A DNA stretch of 64,000 bases. Origin: Convolutriloba macropyga (Eukaryota). Positions 60,074 through 64,000 of the stretch are shown here, in pieces (the first letter of the stretch is position 1; each line of letters begins with the position of its first letter). Position numbers and translations under genes: made by a program. Under the pieces are notes generated by a model that saw only the letters and a program-made list of their open reading frames with translations, ran no database searches and was not told where the DNA came from. The stretch is taken from assembly GCF_964194025.1 (NCBI RefSeq), contig NC_134479.1, forward strand, positions 16,988,001-17,052,000, in the 5' to 3' direction.

Positions 60074-63000
60074 TTATTGTTCCGACCCCACTTGTGGGGG
60101 AAGGAACTATATACTCAAATGGGTTTTTTTTTTTGTTCAGTGAATTTTGGCCGATCGATATATTCGTCGTAGAGAAATGTGAGTGGTATCATTAAAAAGC
60201 TGGTCCAGCGTAGAATTCAAAAGTAAAAAGATTTTTTTGAATTTCGTTTTTTTCGAGGAGTTATCGAGGATTGAAGTTTTGTGTGAACAATGGGATCTTT
60301 AGCATGATTGTTCACTTTTAGTACAATTTTCTTCAAACTAAGATCTTTTTTACGAAAACATTAATTCAAATTTCTATAAAAAGAATAAATTTTGAGTTCG
60401 TAAAAGTTGAATGCAAGGCGATAGAAAGACTAGTTCTGGTCTCATAGGGAAGTTCACTATCAAAAAAAAATCGAACTCTAATTGAGAGCCCTTTTTTTAA
60501 TAAAACTTTTCTCTTTTTTGCTTTTTTAAGTCACCTAGAGACAAGTCACATTTTATATCGACGTTCTATTAATGACAAAACTCCTTTATAGTCGAATGAA
60601 GCGCAATGAACAAAAAACGTCGTTTTCAAGGAATTGCTCATGTTTTTTTTTGGCTTCGATTCTGAGTTTTCGTAATTTTGAATGAAATTTTGAATTTCTT
60701 TTTGAAGTTTTACTATTTTTTTTGGAGTCCTATGGTAGGGATTCATTGACTAACAGTGCAATATGTTCCATAATGAGCATTAAGTGAACATGTCTATTTC
60801 ATTGAGGGGGCGGCTAATGGCTGTTAAGACTTAAAAAATAATTTTTCGAATTTTTTTTTGAATATTAAAGAATCATAATCTTATTATAGTGAATTGTAAG
60901 TCAGTCCAGGGGTGAGAGCACCCTCTTCCTTCCTACTGCAACCAAAATTAAACTGGTTAGCGGTTTTATCTTCTATCTATTGGTTATATGACTTCAATGA
61001 CAAAAAATTTCAATTTTTTAAAATTTTTTTTGGATTTTTACGTATTATTGGTTACTTTTGAAATCTTATCACATTATCCAAATATTGACAGTTCCCATTA
61101 GCTTAAAAACGATGTTCTGTGGATGACCAATAAAAATTTTAAACAAAAATTTATGGTTTAAATGGCTTCGACACGTTCTTCTTGCACTTTTCTACTGATT
61201 TTTTGGTTTTCTCCTGTTTTTTTTGTTGTTTTAATAGTCATTATACTTACTGTGATCTCATAATGAATACCTATGCATGACAAACATAAATGTACTGCCA
61301 CCGGGGTATCTTTGAGCGTTTTTATTGACTTCCGTTGAAAGCTATTGAATTTAATGTCTGTTAAAATAAAAATCACTTTTCGAAAATTTTATTTGAACAA
61401 TAACAATTCCTAAATTTTTCTTGAACTGTTAGTGAGTTTCAGTATTGACTGGACCCACTTGCTTTTTACTGCGACTAAAAATATTCTGTTTAGCTGTTTT
61501 ATCTTCTAGCTATTGGTTATATGACTTCAATGACAAAGATTTCAATTTTTTTAAATTTTTTTTTTGGATTTTTTGAATTATTGGTCACTTTTGAACTCTT
61601 TATCACATTATCCAAAGATTATTGTAATCCAATTGGCTTAGAGAGGACGTTCAGTGGATCACAGAGAAAGTTTTCAGAGAATAGCTAATGGTTTAATTGT
61701 CTTCGACACTTTCTTCTCGCATTTTTCTACTGAATTTTAGTTTTTGCTGTTTTTGTTATTGTTTTCTGTCATAAGACTTATTGTGATGTCTTTTTAACTA
61801 TCTATGCATGACAGACATCATTTTCCTCCCTATGGGTTATATCTGAGCATCGTCATTGAGCTCCGATGAAAGATTGAGTTTACTGGCTGTTAAGGGTTTA
61901 AAAATAATTTTTCGAAACTTTTTTGAAATTCAACCATTCCTAATTTTTTTTCGTGAATACTCTTGGTCATTGTTGGTTCTAACAGAATCCATTTCCGTTC
62001 TACTATAGCCAAAATTAATCTGGTTAGCGGTTTTATCTTCTACCTATTAGTTTTAAAACATCAATGCCACGAGAATTCATATTTTTTTTGGGTACTTTAT
62101 TTTGTTTTTCGATCCTTTTGAAATCTTATCACATCATCTTACTGCTGAGAGTCCCTATTGGTTTAGGGAAGAAGTTCAACGGATCATAAATAAAGTTTTC
62201 AGGGAAGAGCTTATGATTTGAGTTGCTTCGACATTTTCTTCAGGCACTTTTCTACTGAATTTGTGGTTTTTGCCTCTCTCTGTTGTTGTTTTCATAGTCA
62301 TTAACTTGTTGTAAGGTCTTATTGATGAAATACGATTGGCAAAAAAACTTATTGTCCCCTCGAGGCAGCATTTATTGTATATACTGGCTTCCGTTGAAGG
62401 CTAATGAATTTAATGGCGTTGATAATACGTGTTTTCCCGCAATTTTCGTGCGTCTAATGTATTTGTTTATATTTGTTGATTTTTTGAAATTATATTGATA
62501 AAAAAGGTTTTCCCATTGCTCCTGAAAAATTAATTTAAAATTGAAGAGTGTTTAGTGAAAAGTTCATTTTTTTAATGCCTTCGACCCTTTTGTCGCTCAA
62601 TTTTTTTTCCTGAATTCGCTGTTTTTGTTCTTTAGGTAGCCGTAAATTGCTCACAGATCTCATAGGCTTGTAATTGAGGACTGAATGAATGATGTTGCTC
62701 GAAACATTCAGTATATAGCGAATAGGTTCCTTTCGTCAAATTTAACTTCTATTCATCAATCAGATGTCCCATCGAATTTCGTGTATTTCAAGAAATAACA
62801 TATATATTGATATTATGTGCCACTGTTGTTTCGTTTTTCTGAACGTTTATTGAATGGCCATTTTTTGCGTTTCTTTTTCTCTTCCTTCAGAACAATCGCG
62901 TAATAACAGATCCCAATGGTTTTTAAATGTGGCCCAAGTAAACTTATTTAATCTTTCAGTATAAATCCTTCAACTGAAATAGCAGAAATAACAACTGAAT

Positions 63001-63650
63001 TAAAAATACATATTCAGATGATAGGTATTGATTTTAATGGTAGCAAAGGTTTGTGTTTTCGCAAATCGTTTGTAATTTTTTGAGTTTCTCTTTAGTTTGT
63101 TTCTATGGCATAGTCTGACCACAGACGGGTGCTTTTGGTTTTGTAATGACTTTTTAGTAATTTATCAAGGATTTTTTTATTAAAAACCAATGTTTTTTAA
63201 GATTTTTGAATTTTCTTGGTGCAAAAAATGTTGATTAATTTTTAAGTTTCGCCTCACTGTTCGTTCTTTTTGTCGGCTTGTTACCTAGTCTCGTTAAGAA
63301 AACTTTTCATCTGCTGTATAGTTAGTAAAAGGTAAACTTGTGTAGTTAAGGTTTTATCTGACTGCATTTTGACGTTGTTACCAGGTGCTTTTAAATTTAG
63401 ATATTCATTTTTTGCCGCCAAAATTTTGTTGGTGCTATTTTTTTTCTAGTCTCTTCAATGTCAGGTCACGTTGGTGCTGTAATGAAGCATGGCATTAGTA
63501 ATTCAATTAGTAGATAGAATGTGTAACGATTGTTTTAAACTCAAACATCTATTTTTGTTATCTCTTGATTTGGTTGACATTTTAGTCAAAAATGTAGATG
63601 AGCTCGGGTCGGAACATCATGTGCGAACGCACATTAACGAGCCGCCTTGT
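60074..63650 (+). mobile_element. Helentron/DINE-1-like element, family 2 (~3.6 kb)
   Basis: 5' TTATTGTTCCGACCC plus local inverted GGAACTATA; 3' GGGTCGGAAC (63606-63615) + stem-loop ATGTGCG-AA-CGCACAT, then a T-run; internal ~535-bp tandem repeats. Confidence 0.75.
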
Positions 63651-64000
63651 TTTTGGTAAAGGGGCAATAATCTATCTTTGCATAAAAAACGTATTTGAAG
63701 TACGGTTTGAGCAAGTGACGGTTTTCTTCTATTTTAAAAACACCTTTCTGCTCTATTTGATTTTTTATGGATTTCATCTCGCTGTGCATTAACGTCTTAA
63801 TTTTTGTTTAACAATTTTTAAAAAAATTGTTAAACAAAACAGAATTTTAAAAAAATCTGAAACAATTTTCTGAAATATGGAAATGAGCTTATCTGCGTTC
63901 AAAATTCTGACGATCAAAGAATATATTATAATCTAGAATATGTAACTAATCTTATTGACACGCAAACCGTGAAAGGGATCTGAGACATCACACCTGAAAA

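Overview
AT-rich, repeat-dense eukaryotic DNA, probably from an invertebrate metazoan (GT-AG introns, mitochondrial-type MnSOD). Bases 1-~18 kb are a graveyard of nested, decayed Maverick/Polinton elements. They contain an integrase, an A32-type packaging ATPase, small virion-type ORFs, a DEDD-like nuclease, an HD-motif (possibly PLA2-like) gene family, four protein-primed PolB remnants and AGTAGT termini, and a ~4.3-kb block is tandemly duplicated. Three host genes can be spliced by hand: a 2-exon GCN5-like acetyltransferase with a large acidic insertion (21859-25391, +), a 3-exon divergent SOD2 (29755-39221, +), and the 3' eight exons of a discoidin (F5/8C) + Asp-box protein (59778-44395, -; 5' end outside the window). 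Introns and intergenic DNA hold a CR1/L2-like LINE remnant, a 7.3-kb LTR element with no recognisable pol (5-bp TSD, tRNA-Asn-like PBS) and two families of Helentron/DINE-1-like elements with internal tandem repeats. There is also a near-identical 1.85-kb tandem duplication, a 119-bp MITE, and a 237-bp miniature Maverick with AGTAGT TIRs and a 6-bp TSD. All assignments come from motif recognition by eye; no searches were run.
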